Source: Gemmatimonadota bacterium
GTDB taxonomy: Bacteria; Gemmatimonadota; Gemmatimonadetes; Gemmatimonadales; GWC2-71-9
Length of the DNA stretch: 51,257 nucleotides
Direction of reading: 5' to 3'
Assembly: GCA_039591655.1 (NCBI GenBank)
Contig: JBDHDE010000023.1
Span: forward strand, 1-51,257
The number at the start of each line of letters is the position of its first letter. Position 1 is the first letter of the stretch. Below, in pieces: positions 27,955-37,974 of this stretch. Under the pieces are notes generated by a model. That model made no database searches, was not told the DNA's origin, and was given only the letters and a program-made list of their open reading frames with translations. Position numbers and translations under genes: made by a program.

Positions 27955-28809
27955 TCAAGGCGAGCCCGATGCCGCCTCCAGGATCGCGGCAGCCAACCGG
28001 AACGCCGCGCGACTGACCCTGCCGTCCTCGTCGAACGACGGATCGTAAGCCGTGAGCGCGGCTCCGCCGATAGGGAACCGGCGGCCGATGGCGCTCACGG
28101 CGTCCAGGGTGTCCGGCAGCGTGAGACCGCCGGGCGCCGCCAGGATGTTGGCGCGGCCCTCGGACGGGTCTAGCACGTCGAGGTCGATGTGGACGTAGGC
28201 CAGATCGACGGCGCCCTCCAGGAGTGCGAGCGACCCATCCAGTTCCGCCCGGAGCTCCTCCGGCGGGAGACTCCGCACATCGGAGCTCTCGAGCAGCTCC
28301 GCCTCGAGGGGATCCAGATCCCGTACGCCCAGCAAACGCATATGACGCTCCGGTACCGGCTCTAATCCGGGAACGCTGGCGGCGAGGTGTGTCCAGCAGC
28401 GGCCGGCCAAGGCCGCGAGCCCCATCCCGTCCAGGAAACCGGTGACGGTTGTATCCGGCGTGTTGAAGTCGGCGTGGCTGTCGAACCAGAGTACTGCAGT
28501 ACGCCGTGACCCCAGCGCGGCAACGGTGCCGATGGCCGTGTAACAGTTCCCGGCCAGCACGAGAGGGAACAAGCCGTCCTCCCGCGCCGCCCCGACGCGT
28601 CGCGCGAGGTTGCTGTTGAGAGCGAAGGCGGTCTTGGGCTCAGGCGTGAGGCGATCGACCGGCTCATCCACGATCTGTATCTCGACGCGGTGCCCCGCCT
28701 CGATGAGATGGTCGGCGAGGCCGCTCTCGAGCAGGTGGCCCGGCCCGACACCCATCCGGACGTCGCGCACCCCGGAATCGTAGGGCACGACGAGCAGCAG
28801 TACGTCCAT
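27955..28809 (-). CDS. Arginase/ureohydrolase family protein
   Basis: WFDSHADFNTP, GMGL, GVRDLD and HIDLDVLD motifs; GNC replaces GGDH. Alternative start at 28830. Confidence 0.9.
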   Translation of the reverse strand: MDVLLLVVPYDSGVRDVRMGVGPGHLLESGLADHLIEAGHRVEIQIVDEPVDRLTPEPKTAFALNSNLARRVGAAREDGLFPLVLAGNCYTAIGTVAALGSRRTAVLWFDSHADFNTPDTTVTGFLDGMGLAALAGRCWTHLAASVPGLEPVPERHMRLLGVRDLDPLEAELLESSDVRSLPPEELRAELDGSLALLEGAVDLAYVHIDLDVLDPSEGRANILAAPGGLTLPDTLDAVSAIGRRFPIGGAALTAYDPSFDEDGRVSRAAFRLAAAILEAASGSP

Positions 28810-28958
28810 GATCAGTAAGGCTGGCTCCATCTCCCACTACACACAAGCGGCGGCGGCTCCACCACCGGGACCGTTACGACCGGCGCGTGTGGAACCGTGG
28901 GCGTCTCGAGACGTTTCCTGCTGTGCTGGATAACGACATTGGAAAGGGAGCCCTGAGA

Positions 28959-29561
28959 ATGACCGATACCCCCACACCGCACCGGATCCGCATCGTCGCC
29001 CTACAGGGCAGCGTCCGCGCCGGCAACAACACGGCCAAGGCCCTCGCGTTGGTCGTAGACGAGTTGACGAGGCGCTCGGATGTACAGTGCGAGGTGATCG
29101 ACCCGACCGACCTCCCGCTGGCGTTCCCGGGCAAGGGAGAGGCGCACGCCGAGGTACGCGCCATGGCCGCTAGGGTGCGGGATGCCACCGCCGTCGTCCT
29201 CGCGACACCGGAGTATCACGGCTCGTTCTCCAGCGTTCTGAAGCTCATGATCGAGAACCTGGGGTTCCCCTCGGCGCTGGCCGGCAAGCCGGTGGCGCTG
29301 CTGGGCGTGGCCGCGGGGCAAATCGGCGCCATCAAGTCGTTGGAACAACTGCGTAGCGTCTGCTCGCACGTGGGTGCCATCGTGCTGCCGGGGCCGGTAT
29401 CGGTGGCGCGGGTGCGGGAGGTGTTCGACGATGTTGGTCGCTGCACCGATGAGCGGGTGGAGCAACGGATCCGCGGGCTGGCCACGGATCTCGTGGGCTA
29501 CATCAAGAGATCTGTTTGTCCCGCGCACGCACTGGAGGCGATGGTGCGTGAGGCCTCATAG
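28959..29561 (+). CDS. NADPH-dependent FMN reductase family
   Basis: GSVR, TPEYHGSFSSVLKLMIE and GKPVAL motifs. Confidence 0.93.
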   Translation: MTDTPTPHRIRIVALQGSVRAGNNTAKALALVVDELTRRSDVQCEVIDPTDLPLAFPGKGEAHAEVRAMAARVRDATAVVLATPEYHGSFSSVLKLMIENLGFPSALAGKPVALLGVAAGQIGAIKSLEQLRSVCSHVGAIVLPGPVSVARVREVFDDVGRCTDERVEQRIRGLATDLVGYIKRSVCPAHALEAMVREAS

Positions 29562-29580
29562 AGCCCGGCCGCGCGCCGCC

Positions 29581-31032
29581 TCAGCGCACCCGGGGGCTGT
29601 AGTTGCTGTGGCGCCACAGGCGCGTCACCTGTCCACTCCCGTCCACTTGGAACACGATCTCTTCGCCGAGGGAGCCGTCGTCGCGCACGCGCCGGAATGT
29701 GTGCCCGTCCACGTGCCTGAGCTTCATCAGGTCGTCCAGGGGAGTCGTTGTCGGAAGGTAGAGCATGGCGAGGCTCCCCTTCCACGGAAACACCGCAACT
29801 TCGCCGATCCACGGCAGGTCGCTGTAGGTCCCCGCGTACTTCGCTAATGCGGGATCGATCGGCTCGGCCCGGCTGCTCGTGTCACGTGCGGCCCGGATCG
29901 CCGGTGCCACGATCGCCTGGGCTCGGTCGGTGAAGCGCCAGGTGTTCACCCCGTTCGCGTTGGCCATGAAGACCACCGCCACCTTGTCGTCCGGCTGGAG
30001 GTTGAAGTGGGACCGGTATCCCGGGCAGCTCCCTCCGTGGCCCACGTATGTCTTGTCGTTGCTGCGCCAAGTGCCGAAGCCGAGGGCGCGTCTGGCGTCC
30101 CAGTCGGGATCCAGCCAGTGCACCCGATACATCTCTCGTAGCGTGTTGCGCGCGAGGATCTCGTTCGCGCCGTGGTGCAGCACGCGGAACTGCCAGGAGG
30201 CGAACTTGGCGAGATCCTCCACCGTGGAGGCGAATCCCGCGGCCGGCGCGATGCCACGGGGCTCGAATACTGGCAACCGCTCCCGGGTCCCTGCTCGGGT
30301 CATGGCAGTGTATCCGACGGCCATGCGGCGGCCATGCTGCTCCACCGGGATCTCCGGGTAGGTGCTCTCCAAGGAGAGAGGGTCCAGGATGTTGTGGCGG
30401 ATGTACTCGCCGTAGGGCTGGCCCGAGAGCTCGGCCACGACCTCACCGGCCAGCGTGAGTCCCAGGTTCGAGTACTGGTAATAGGTGTAGGCCGGGTACA
30501 GCTCCGCCTGCTCGCCCAACCGCTGCACGATCTGCTCGTGTGTGGGGAACGGGAACTCGGGCGGCGTCCAATAGGGGTAATCCGACTCCCGCGGCAACCC
30601 GGCAGAGTGTGTGAGGATGCCCTGGATAGTCACTGGCGGTGCTTGGGGGTACTTGTCCTGGAGGTCGAACCAGTCGAGGTGTGTCCCCACCGGATCGTCG
30701 AGCCGGAGCCTGCCCTCGTCCCGCAGTCGCATGACCGCCACCGCGGTGAACAGCTTAGAGATGGAGCATATGGAGTGGATGGTCTGCGGCGTGGTGGGCT
30801 GCTGCCGCTCGGGGTCGGCGTACCCGAAGCCCTTGCTCCACAGCAGCTCCTGATCGTGGATCACGCCCATCGCGATGCCGGGAATCTCCTCGTAGGCGCG
30901 CTGGGCGTCGACCCAGATCTCGAGGAGGTTGAGGGCTTGCTGGACGCGGGGGTGGGTGGTGAGGCCCACCTCCTGAGCCATACACGGAGCGGCCAGCGCC
31001 ACTGCCGCCAGCAGGGTGCCCAAGCGCTTCAT
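29581..31032 (-). CDS. Exported serine hydrolase (beta-lactamase family)
   Basis: Signal peptide; SISK, LTHSAG, YSN and HGG motifs. Confidence 0.93.
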   Translation of the reverse strand: MKRLGTLLAAVALAAPCMAQEVGLTTHPRVQQALNLLEIWVDAQRAYEEIPGIAMGVIHDQELLWSKGFGYADPERQQPTTPQTIHSICSISKLFTAVAVMRLRDEGRLRLDDPVGTHLDWFDLQDKYPQAPPVTIQGILTHSAGLPRESDYPYWTPPEFPFPTHEQIVQRLGEQAELYPAYTYYQYSNLGLTLAGEVVAELSGQPYGEYIRHNILDPLSLESTYPEIPVEQHGRRMAVGYTAMTRAGTRERLPVFEPRGIAPAAGFASTVEDLAKFASWQFRVLHHGANEILARNTLREMYRVHWLDPDWDARRALGFGTWRSNDKTYVGHGGSCPGYRSHFNLQPDDKVAVVFMANANGVNTWRFTDRAQAIVAPAIRAARDTSSRAEPIDPALAKYAGTYSDLPWIGEVAVFPWKGSLAMLYLPTTTPLDDLMKLRHVDGHTFRRVRDDGSLGEEIVFQVDGSGQVTRLWRHSNYSPRVR

Positions 31033-31166
31033 CGTCTGCCTCCGGGGTTCTCCGGTTCATATCAACGGTGCAGCCGCATCGCGACCGCCAATTGTCGGAC
31101 GCGAGCGGGCCGGCCGCTAGGGTTCTCTCCGTAAGTCATTGTCGCTGACCATGTTAGCATACGGTG

Positions 31167-31213
31167 TTGTGCGCCGACGCCGCCGGGTGTATAATACGTA
31201 ACCAAATGGTTAC
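31167..31213 (+). promoter_or_regulatory. Sigma70-type promoter and palindromic ArsR operator
   Basis: TTGTGC(31167)-N17-TATAAT(31190); GTAACCA-AA-TGGTTAC at 31198-31213 overlaps the ATG. Confidence 0.8.
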
Positions 31214-31544
31214 CTTTTCTGAGCGTCAGTTGGACCTCACGTTTGCCGCCCTGGCGGATCCCACGCGGCGGGCCATCCTGGCCCGGCTCAGCGAGGGAGA
31301 TGTGTCGGTGGGGGAGCTCGCCCAACCGTTCGACGTGTCGCGGCCGGCCATCTCGAAGCACCTGCGGGTGCTGGAGCGCGCCGGTCTGGTACAGCGCGCC
31401 AAGGACGGACGGGTGAGCCGCTGCGGGCTCGACGCACGGCCGATGAAACACGCGGCTGACTGGGTGGAGCGGTACCGGCGGTTCTGGGAGGAGCGGCTCG
31501 ACGCACTGGCCACGTACCTCGAAGCGAAGGAGACGGACCGATGA
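31206..31544 (+). CDS. ArsR/SmtB family transcriptional regulator
   Basis: FAALADPTRRAIL and SRPAISKHLRVLERAGLV. Confidence 0.95.
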   Translation: MVTFSERQLDLTFAALADPTRRAILARLSEGDVSVGELAQPFDVSRPAISKHLRVLERAGLVQRAKDGRVSRCGLDARPMKHAADWVERYRRFWEERLDALATYLEAKETDR

Positions 31545-31984
31545 CCACACCCACCACGAGCCGCGTCGTGCACCTCACCCGCACCATCAAAGCCTCACGG
31601 GAGGAGGTCTTCCGGGCATGGACGGAGCCGGAGCAGATGAAACACTGGGTCGCGCCCGAGGGGATGGAGATCCCAGTGGTGGAGGCCGACGTGCGTGTCG
31701 GCGGAGCGTACCGCATTCAGATGCGCTCGCCGGAAGGCGAGGTGTACACGGCGTTCGGCAAGTACCGGGAGATCACGCCACCCGAACGGCTGGTGTACAC
31801 GTGGTCGTGGAAGGAAGAGCCGCACAGCGACATCGGTGAGACAGTTGTCACCGTCACCCTCGAGGACGCAGATGGAGCGACGGCAGTGACGCTGCACCAC
31901 GAGGGCTTCCCCACGGAAGAGCGGCGCGAGGGCCACGAGCAGGGCTGGACCAGTTGCCTCACTCGGCTGGAGCAGCGGTTCTAG
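31541..31984 (+). CDS. SRPBCC/AHSA1-like domain protein
   Basis: EVFRAWTEPE, DVRVGG, PPERLVYTW and GW motifs; ATGA overlap with the ArsR gene. Confidence 0.93.
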   Translation: MTTPTTSRVVHLTRTIKASREEVFRAWTEPEQMKHWVAPEGMEIPVVEADVRVGGAYRIQMRSPEGEVYTAFGKYREITPPERLVYTWSWKEEPHSDIGETVVTVTLEDADGATAVTLHHEGFPTEERREGHEQGWTSCLTRLEQRF

Positions 31985-31997
31985 CAGCGTGAAGGGA

Positions 31998-32027
31998 GAG
32001 CCGGCGGCGGGCATCCGCCGCCGGCTC
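31998..32027. terminator. Hairpin between convergent genes
   Basis: GAGCCGGCGGCGG-GCAT-CCGCCGCCGGCTC (13-bp stem); weak U tract. Confidence 0.7.
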
Positions 32028-32032
32028 CTCAT

Positions 32033-33280
32033 TCAAGGCAGCTCCTGCCGCTCGACCACCCACCACATCGCGAGCGTCGGCGGGAGCGCCAGTGCGATGA
32101 CCTCTCCGTTCACCTGATCGAACCACGGCAGCACCTGGATTGCGAGCCCGAGCAGGGACAGTCCCGCTACGGCAAATGCTACCCAGCATGCCCAGCGTGC
32201 GGCCCACGTCTTCCCTCGTGCGGCGAGCGGGACGAGCACCACAAGCGGCAAGGCAATGGGGTTGGTGAAGAACAGGTTCTCGTTCAGGTATGCCGCCCAG
32301 TGTGCGGTGAAGATCCACACTGCCACGATGAACACCCCGCCCAGTCCCAGCAGCAGTCCCCAGAGCGACACGGCAACGGTGGAGAGCACCTGTGCCCAGC
32401 GGAAGACACGTGCATTCGCTCCCAGGAAGTAGATCACGGCGGCCAGCAGCATGCCGGCGAGGAGGAACTGCACGAGCCAGTTCGGCGCCGTCTCCGCCTC
32501 GGGTGGCTGCGTGCTCTCGTACAGCGTCGCCTCCGAGAGCACCAGCGGGGCCGCGTTGCCTGCACCATCCAGCACTGTGACGTCGCGCAGGCGGATCATC
32601 AGGGGCACCGGAAGGAACGTTTCCTCCCACACCGAGATGGGCCGGTCTACGGGGTGGCCCAGGGACCACAGCGTGCCGAAGTAGGCACCGAGGTCGGGCG
32701 CCAGCAGGCGGCGGGTGTGGAAGCGGAAGGTCGAGCCGGTCGCGGCGTCTACCCACAGGTCGCGCAAACGGCCGTCTAATACCCGGTCCAGCGCGTCACG
32801 CACGCGGCTGGAGCAGTTGTCGAGATAGTAGTCGTAGCGGTAGAACCGGTTCTGCGGCTGGTCGTTCCACTGCAGGAAGGCGTACAGCTCGGCGCGCTGC
32901 GCCGGGGTGAGGTTGAGCTCCTGGATCCACACCGAGCGATCGGCCGCGGCGTACGCCTGGTTATGGCGCCTGCCGTCGAACCCCTCCATCCAGTAGAGCA
33001 TCTCGCCCCTCACGAATCGGATCAGGAAGTTCTCCTGCTCGAACGAGAACATTCCGTAGTTGTAGACCCGGTCGATGCCGCCCGTGGTGTCCCGCACCCA
33101 CAGCGCGTTGTGCGCGAAGCGCTCCCACACCCGTGTTCCGGGACCCATGGTGACGAGGTAGACGGAAAGGGAGGCGCCATCCTCCCCGGTGCCGGCTCGC
33201 TGGGCGAAGCCCTGTGGGCTGAGGCCGACGAGGAACAGGAACGCCAAGAGGGCCGGTCGACAGACGGGACGTGGCTTCAC
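32033..33280 (-). CDS. DUF4105/Lnb-like papain-fold membrane protein
   Basis: FAHNAL, YNYGMF and YRYDYYLDNCSSR motifs; C-terminal TM bundle. Start uncertain. Confidence 0.82.
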   Translation of the reverse strand: MKPRPVCRPALLAFLFLVGLSPQGFAQRAGTGEDGASLSVYLVTMGPGTRVWERFAHNALWVRDTTGGIDRVYNYGMFSFEQENFLIRFVRGEMLYWMEGFDGRRHNQAYAAADRSVWIQELNLTPAQRAELYAFLQWNDQPQNRFYRYDYYLDNCSSRVRDALDRVLDGRLRDLWVDAATGSTFRFHTRRLLAPDLGAYFGTLWSLGHPVDRPISVWEETFLPVPLMIRLRDVTVLDGAGNAAPLVLSEATLYESTQPPEAETAPNWLVQFLLAGMLLAAVIYFLGANARVFRWAQVLSTVAVSLWGLLLGLGGVFIVAVWIFTAHWAAYLNENLFFTNPIALPLVVLVPLAARGKTWAARWACWVAFAVAGLSLLGLAIQVLPWFDQVNGEVIALALPPTLAMWWVVERQELP

Positions 33281-33387
33281 GGTGCTCAGGGTAGCCGGTG
33301 GGGTAGCGATTGGGAAGATAGCGATCGTGTGCAATGTGACGCGGGCTGCGGGTCAATCCGCGCCCGGTCGATGCGGGCCCCTCCGCA

Positions 33388-35766
33388 TCAGTTCCGGTCG
33401 CGATCCAGCCGCCGCCTGAGCTCCCGCAACAGCGGTGTGACCCGCGAATCCCAGGTCGAGCGAGCCCGGTCGCGCCACCGGTCCCACGCCCAGTGCCGGG
33501 AGCAGCTGCGCTCGGGCGCCGTGCCCCTGAGGAACACTTCGGGCTCGCCCCAACAGCCGGGGCCGCCACGGAGGCCGGTCTCCTGATCGATCTCAACGAC
33601 CTCGATGCCCCACGGCACGTCGAAATCGTTCTCCGCATAGCTGCCGAGGGCCCGTGACAGGAACTGCGCGAATATCGGCAGCGCCGCGCGGGATCCCGGA
33701 AGCTCGATGCTGCGCCCGTCGTCGAACCCGACCCATACGCCGACGGCTATCGTGGGCGTGTAACCGACGAACCAGCCGTCGCGGAAGCCACTGGTCGTGC
33801 CGGACTTCGCCGCTACGGCCCCGCGGTAGCCCCGAGCCCGCAGGCCCCGGCCAGTGCCGCGCTCCACGGCTCCGCTCAGGGCCGAGGTGATCAGATAGGC
33901 CTCTCCGGGATCGAATACCTGCCGCCCGCCGGACTCGAAACGTTCCAGGATCTCTCCCCGCGGGTTCACCACGCCGATGGTGGCGTGCAGTTCGGCGCGG
34001 AGGCCGTACGCCGCGATGGTGGCGAAGGCCCGGGTCAGCTCCAGGGGCGTGACCTCCGAGGCACCCAGCGCGATGCTGGGGTAGGGGTTCAGCCGGCTTT
34101 CGATACCCAGCTTCTCGGCCGTTTCCACGATGCGCTCGGGTCCCACGGCCAACCCCACCCGCGCGAATGGCACGTTGAGAGAGCGCTCGAGGGCCTCCCG
34201 CAGGGTGAGGGGGCCACGGAAGCGCCCGTCGTAGTTGGCCGGCTGCCAGAGTCCCGCCGGCGTCTCGACCGACAGTGGCTCGTCCTCGACGATGGAAGCC
34301 AACGTGAACTGGGGATGCTCGTCGTCGGGATCGTCCAGGCGCCACGAGAGTGCGGCCAGTGCGACGACGGGCTTGAAGGCGCTGCCCGGCTGCCGTCTGG
34401 CATGGGCGGCGCGATTGAACTGCGACTGCCCGTAGTCCCGCCCCCCCACCATCGCGAGGATGTCTCCGGTGCGAGGGTCCAGTGCCACCAGGGCCGCCTG
34501 CAGTGGGGAGTCCTCACGCAGCAGCAGAGGGTACTCGGTCTCGAGCCGCTGGAGACCATCCCGCACGGCCTCCTCGGCGATACGCTGCAGTTCCATGTCC
34601 ATCGTGGTGAAGACGGCGTGACCGCTGCGCAGCACGTCCTGGCCGAGGCGCTCCCGAAGTTGCTCGGCGACGAAGTCGGTGAAGTACCGGCCGCCGCGCG
34701 TTCGCTGGGGCCGGTCCCGGAGCCCCAGTGGAGCTCGCTGCGCCTGGTGATGCGCGCTCTCGCTGATGACACCACGCTCGTGCATCACGCGGAGCACTAG
34801 GTTGCGGCGCTCCTTCGCGGCGTCAGGATGCCTGAACGGCGAGTACAGGCTGGGCCCGCGGATGATGCCCGCCAGGAGCGCGGCCTCGGTGAGGCTCAAC
34901 CGGCTGACGTCCTTCCCGAAGTAGAATTGCGCCGCCCGCCCGACGCCGTGGATCGCGAGGGCGCCGTCCTGTCCCAGGTACACCTCGTTCAGATAGGCCT
35001 CGAGGATCTCTTCCTTGGAGTGACGGCGCTCGAGGACGAGGGCTATGGTTACTTCCCGCAGCTTGCGGACCGGCGAGCGCCGCGCCGAGAGGTACAGGTT
35101 CTTGGCCAGCTGCTGGGTGAGCGTGCTGGCGCCCTGCACGACGCGCCGTGCCTTGAGGTTCGCCAGCGTGGCGCCGGCGATTCGCTTTAGGTCGAGGCCG
35201 TGGTGCTCGAAGAAGTGCTGGTCCTCTATGGCGAGGACCGCGTCCACGAGATGCGGAGGAATGTCGCCCAGCGGGACCGGTACCCGATCCTGGTGCGACG
35301 GGCCGTAGGTGGTTCTGAGGAGCTCGGGCTCGAGAGGCAGGTAGGCAAGCTGACGTCCATTCGCATCGCTGATATCACTCACTCGTCCCCTCCAACTCAC
35401 CTCCACAGTCGCCACGCCGCCGGGATCGAGCCGGTCGTGGTGCCGGAATGCCCTCCGGCCGATGGTCCACTCCCAGGATCCGAGACGGTACTCCCCGATC
35501 TCTGCCAGTCGGCCCTGCGCCTGCCGATAGCCGAGTCGCTCGAGGTGGCTCTCGACGCGCTCCCGGCTAATGGACATTCCCGGGTACAGCACCAGGGGAC
35601 GCGCGTATATCCGTGTCGGAGCACGGAAATCGCCGCTGTCCAGGCGAGCCCGGAGAAGGGCGTCGAGGGTGAAGGCCGTCGGTCCGGCGAGGAGCACGAC
35701 GAAGATGAGCCCCAGGACGAGGCTCGCCCTGGGCTGACGCCTCGTCCACGTTACCAGCCGCTGCAC
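33388..35766 (-). CDS. mrcB: Class A penicillin-binding protein, PBP1b-like
   Basis: N-terminal TM and UB2H-like segment; EDQHF, GASTLTQQL and RKLRE (transglycosylase); SAFK, SLN and KSG (transpeptidase). Confidence 0.9.
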   Translation of the reverse strand: MQRLVTWTRRQPRASLVLGLIFVVLLAGPTAFTLDALLRARLDSGDFRAPTRIYARPLVLYPGMSISRERVESHLERLGYRQAQGRLAEIGEYRLGSWEWTIGRRAFRHHDRLDPGGVATVEVSWRGRVSDISDANGRQLAYLPLEPELLRTTYGPSHQDRVPVPLGDIPPHLVDAVLAIEDQHFFEHHGLDLKRIAGATLANLKARRVVQGASTLTQQLAKNLYLSARRSPVRKLREVTIALVLERRHSKEEILEAYLNEVYLGQDGALAIHGVGRAAQFYFGKDVSRLSLTEAALLAGIIRGPSLYSPFRHPDAAKERRNLVLRVMHERGVISESAHHQAQRAPLGLRDRPQRTRGGRYFTDFVAEQLRERLGQDVLRSGHAVFTTMDMELQRIAEEAVRDGLQRLETEYPLLLREDSPLQAALVALDPRTGDILAMVGGRDYGQSQFNRAAHARRQPGSAFKPVVALAALSWRLDDPDDEHPQFTLASIVEDEPLSVETPAGLWQPANYDGRFRGPLTLREALERSLNVPFARVGLAVGPERIVETAEKLGIESRLNPYPSIALGASEVTPLELTRAFATIAAYGLRAELHATIGVVNPRGEILERFESGGRQVFDPGEAYLITSALSGAVERGTGRGLRARGYRGAVAAKSGTTSGFRDGWFVGYTPTIAVGVWVGFDDGRSIELPGSRAALPIFAQFLSRALGSYAENDFDVPWGIEVVEIDQETGLRGGPGCWGEPEVFLRGTAPERSCSRHWAWDRWRDRARSTWDSRVTPLLRELRRRLDRDRN

Positions 35767-35939
35767 GAAGACGGGGAGTGGTGGCCTGGGATAGAGAATG
35801 GCTGCCAGCCTCCTCTCTTTTCGTTACCTGATGCCCGAGACCGCCGCAGCGTTGCGGGCGGACCCTCCCACGGAGATACCCCGAAGACCCTACGATGAGC
35901 GGTGGGTGATGGTGTCAGGCTCTGGTGTCGCCGGCGTGG

Positions 35940-36590
35940 CTACATGAGGGGGAAGCCGACCCGCATTATGAGCTCCCAAACGCGGCTCTTGACGCTCGTC
36001 GCGCTCCCCTTGGACACGTTGGAGATGCTGATGGAGTAACGGCCGTCCAGGTAGAGCACTGGTCCTCCGACATCGAGCCCGAGGGTAGCTCCGAGGGGCA
36101 CGCTCCACTCGGTGCTTCGGAGGTCCAGTGGCATGGGCGCGTCGTGGCAGGAAACGCCCGTTGTGCCGTTCACGCCCAGGTCGCAGCTGAGCCGGAAGCC
36201 CAGCGCGATGCCGCCGTACAGGCCGCCATGGACTCGCCGGCCGAATGATGTGCCCAGCTCGAGGACCACGGGGATCTCGAGGTAGCTGAGCCGCAGATCG
36301 ATCGAGTCGGCGGCGGTTGCCGTGACGCCGGTGCCGCCCTTTTGGACCCAGTTGACCTCCATGCGGGCCGACACGATAGGATGAGTCGTATAGCCGACGA
36401 AGCCGCCGAACAGCAAGCCCCATTTCCCTTCGGAGGCATCGGGCTCGAGGAGGTCGCCGCTCAGCGTAGCGTAGGTAGCTCCCCCGCTGAGGCCGAGCTG
36501 GTACTCCTGGGCCGAAGCCACCGGGGCTGCCAGGATACACGATACGACGGCGCTGCCTGCTACGATCCCGCTCAGTGCGTTGCGCATCAT
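35940..36590 (-). CDS. Outer membrane beta-barrel protein (PorT/OMP-like)
   Basis: Signal peptide; QKG and LSYLEIP motifs; alternating beta strands. Confidence 0.85.
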   Translation of the reverse strand: MMRNALSGIVAGSAVVSCILAAPVASAQEYQLGLSGGATYATLSGDLLEPDASEGKWGLLFGGFVGYTTHPIVSARMEVNWVQKGGTGVTATAADSIDLRLSYLEIPVVLELGTSFGRRVHGGLYGGIALGFRLSCDLGVNGTTGVSCHDAPMPLDLRSTEWSVPLGATLGLDVGGPVLYLDGRYSISISNVSKGSATSVKSRVWELIMRVGFPLM

Positions 36591-36754
36591 GCGTGGGTCC
36601 GTTCGAGGACGAGAGATCGGGTTCGATTGTAGCTCGCCGCATGCCGCGCGGGCAAGCGGGCACCGGACTTCATGGCGCTCACCCCGGAGCAGAGAGGGTA
36701 CCGGTGGGGCAGCCGCATGCGTACAATCCGGCCCCCCCCTGAGGAGTCACGGAG

Positions 36755-37135
36755 ATGAGCCACGGCGACATCGGACGGATCGGGTGGATCGACCTCACCG
36801 TCGAGGACGCGGAGGGTGCGCGGGACTTCTACGCGACGGTAGCGGGCTGGTCCCCGTCGCCGGTGGACATGGGAGGGTACAGCGACTTCAATATGACACC
36901 GACGCACCGGGATGAGCCCGTTGCCGGGGTGTGTCATGCCCGCGGTGCCAACGCGGATCTGCCGGCCCAGTGGCTCATCTACATCACCGTTGCGGACCTG
37001 GATGCTAGCCTGGCACGGTGCGCTGAGCTGGGAGGCACGGTCGTCGCCGGACCCAAACAGATGGTAGGAATGGGGCGCTATGCGGTGATCAGGGACCCGG
37101 CCGGTGCGGTGGCTGGGCTGTTCGAAGCGGCGTGA
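36755..37135 (+). CDS. VOC/glyoxalase family protein
   Basis: WIDL, ARDFY, WLIYITVADLD and RDPAGA motifs. Confidence 0.93.
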   Translation: MSHGDIGRIGWIDLTVEDAEGARDFYATVAGWSPSPVDMGGYSDFNMTPTHRDEPVAGVCHARGANADLPAQWLIYITVADLDASLARCAELGGTVVAGPKQMVGMGRYAVIRDPAGAVAGLFEAA

Positions 37136-37247
37136 GGCCGGCCTTTCGTTCGCCGGGCGTCGGTAGTATTGTGACGGCACCAGAAGCGGCGGGGTGAGCC
37201 CGTCGTAACGACAGAGACCGATCGCGTGACGTAGTGAGGGGTGTACG

Positions 37248-37964
37248 ATGGCCAAGAAGTACGTGTCCAACAAGGATGAGACGGCCCGGATGTTCAAGAG
37301 CGACTTCATGGAGAAGCTCTCGCACGTGCATCCGGCGGTGCCGCACCTGATCTTCATCCCCGTCATCCTCGGCATGCTGTACTGGAGCTACCAGTTGGAT
37401 GTACCGGCCGGTCGCGCCGCGCTGTTGTTTCTGGCGGGAGTCCTGATCTGGACCCTCACCGAGTACGTGATGCACCGTTTCATCTTCCACGTTGACGCGG
37501 CGACGATGGAGGAAGTCACGCGGATCGTAGGTGGGTTGGCCCCCGGGGAGCCGGCCCTGCCGGCCCTCGAGACGCTGAAGCAGAAGCACTACTTCATCGC
37601 CCACGGTGTCCATCACGACTATCCCAACGATTCCAGGCGGCTCGTTATGCCCCCGTCCGTTAGCGTGCCCCTGGGGATCGTATTCTACGTTCTATTCCGC
37701 TTGGCGTTCGGTGTGGCTGCGGCGCCGGCGCTGTTCGCTGGGATGGTGTTCGGCTACCTGATCTACGACACCACCCATTTTGCGGTGCATCACTGGCGCT
37801 TACACGGCCGGATCACCCTGTACCTCAAGAAGCACCACTTCCGGCACCATTACCAGAATCCGAAGAAGGACTACGGCGTGAGCTCGCCGCTGTGGGATCT
37901 TGTGTTCGGAACCTGGGGCCGCGCTGAGGGCGCCGAGGAGGCGGGAGGAGCCGCGAGCAGCTGA
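37248..37964 (+). CDS. Fatty acid hydroxylase / sterol desaturase family (FA2H-like)
   Basis: EYVMHRFIFH, HGVHHDYP, RLVMPP, YDTTHFAVHH, HHFRHH and YGVSSPLWD motifs. Confidence 0.92.
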   Translation: MAKKYVSNKDETARMFKSDFMEKLSHVHPAVPHLIFIPVILGMLYWSYQLDVPAGRAALLFLAGVLIWTLTEYVMHRFIFHVDAATMEEVTRIVGGLAPGEPALPALETLKQKHYFIAHGVHHDYPNDSRRLVMPPSVSVPLGIVFYVLFRLAFGVAAAPALFAGMVFGYLIYDTTHFAVHHWRLHGRITLYLKKHHFRHHYQNPKKDYGVSSPLWDLVFGTWGRAEGAEEAGGAASS

Positions 37965-37974
37965 GCGGCGGGAG

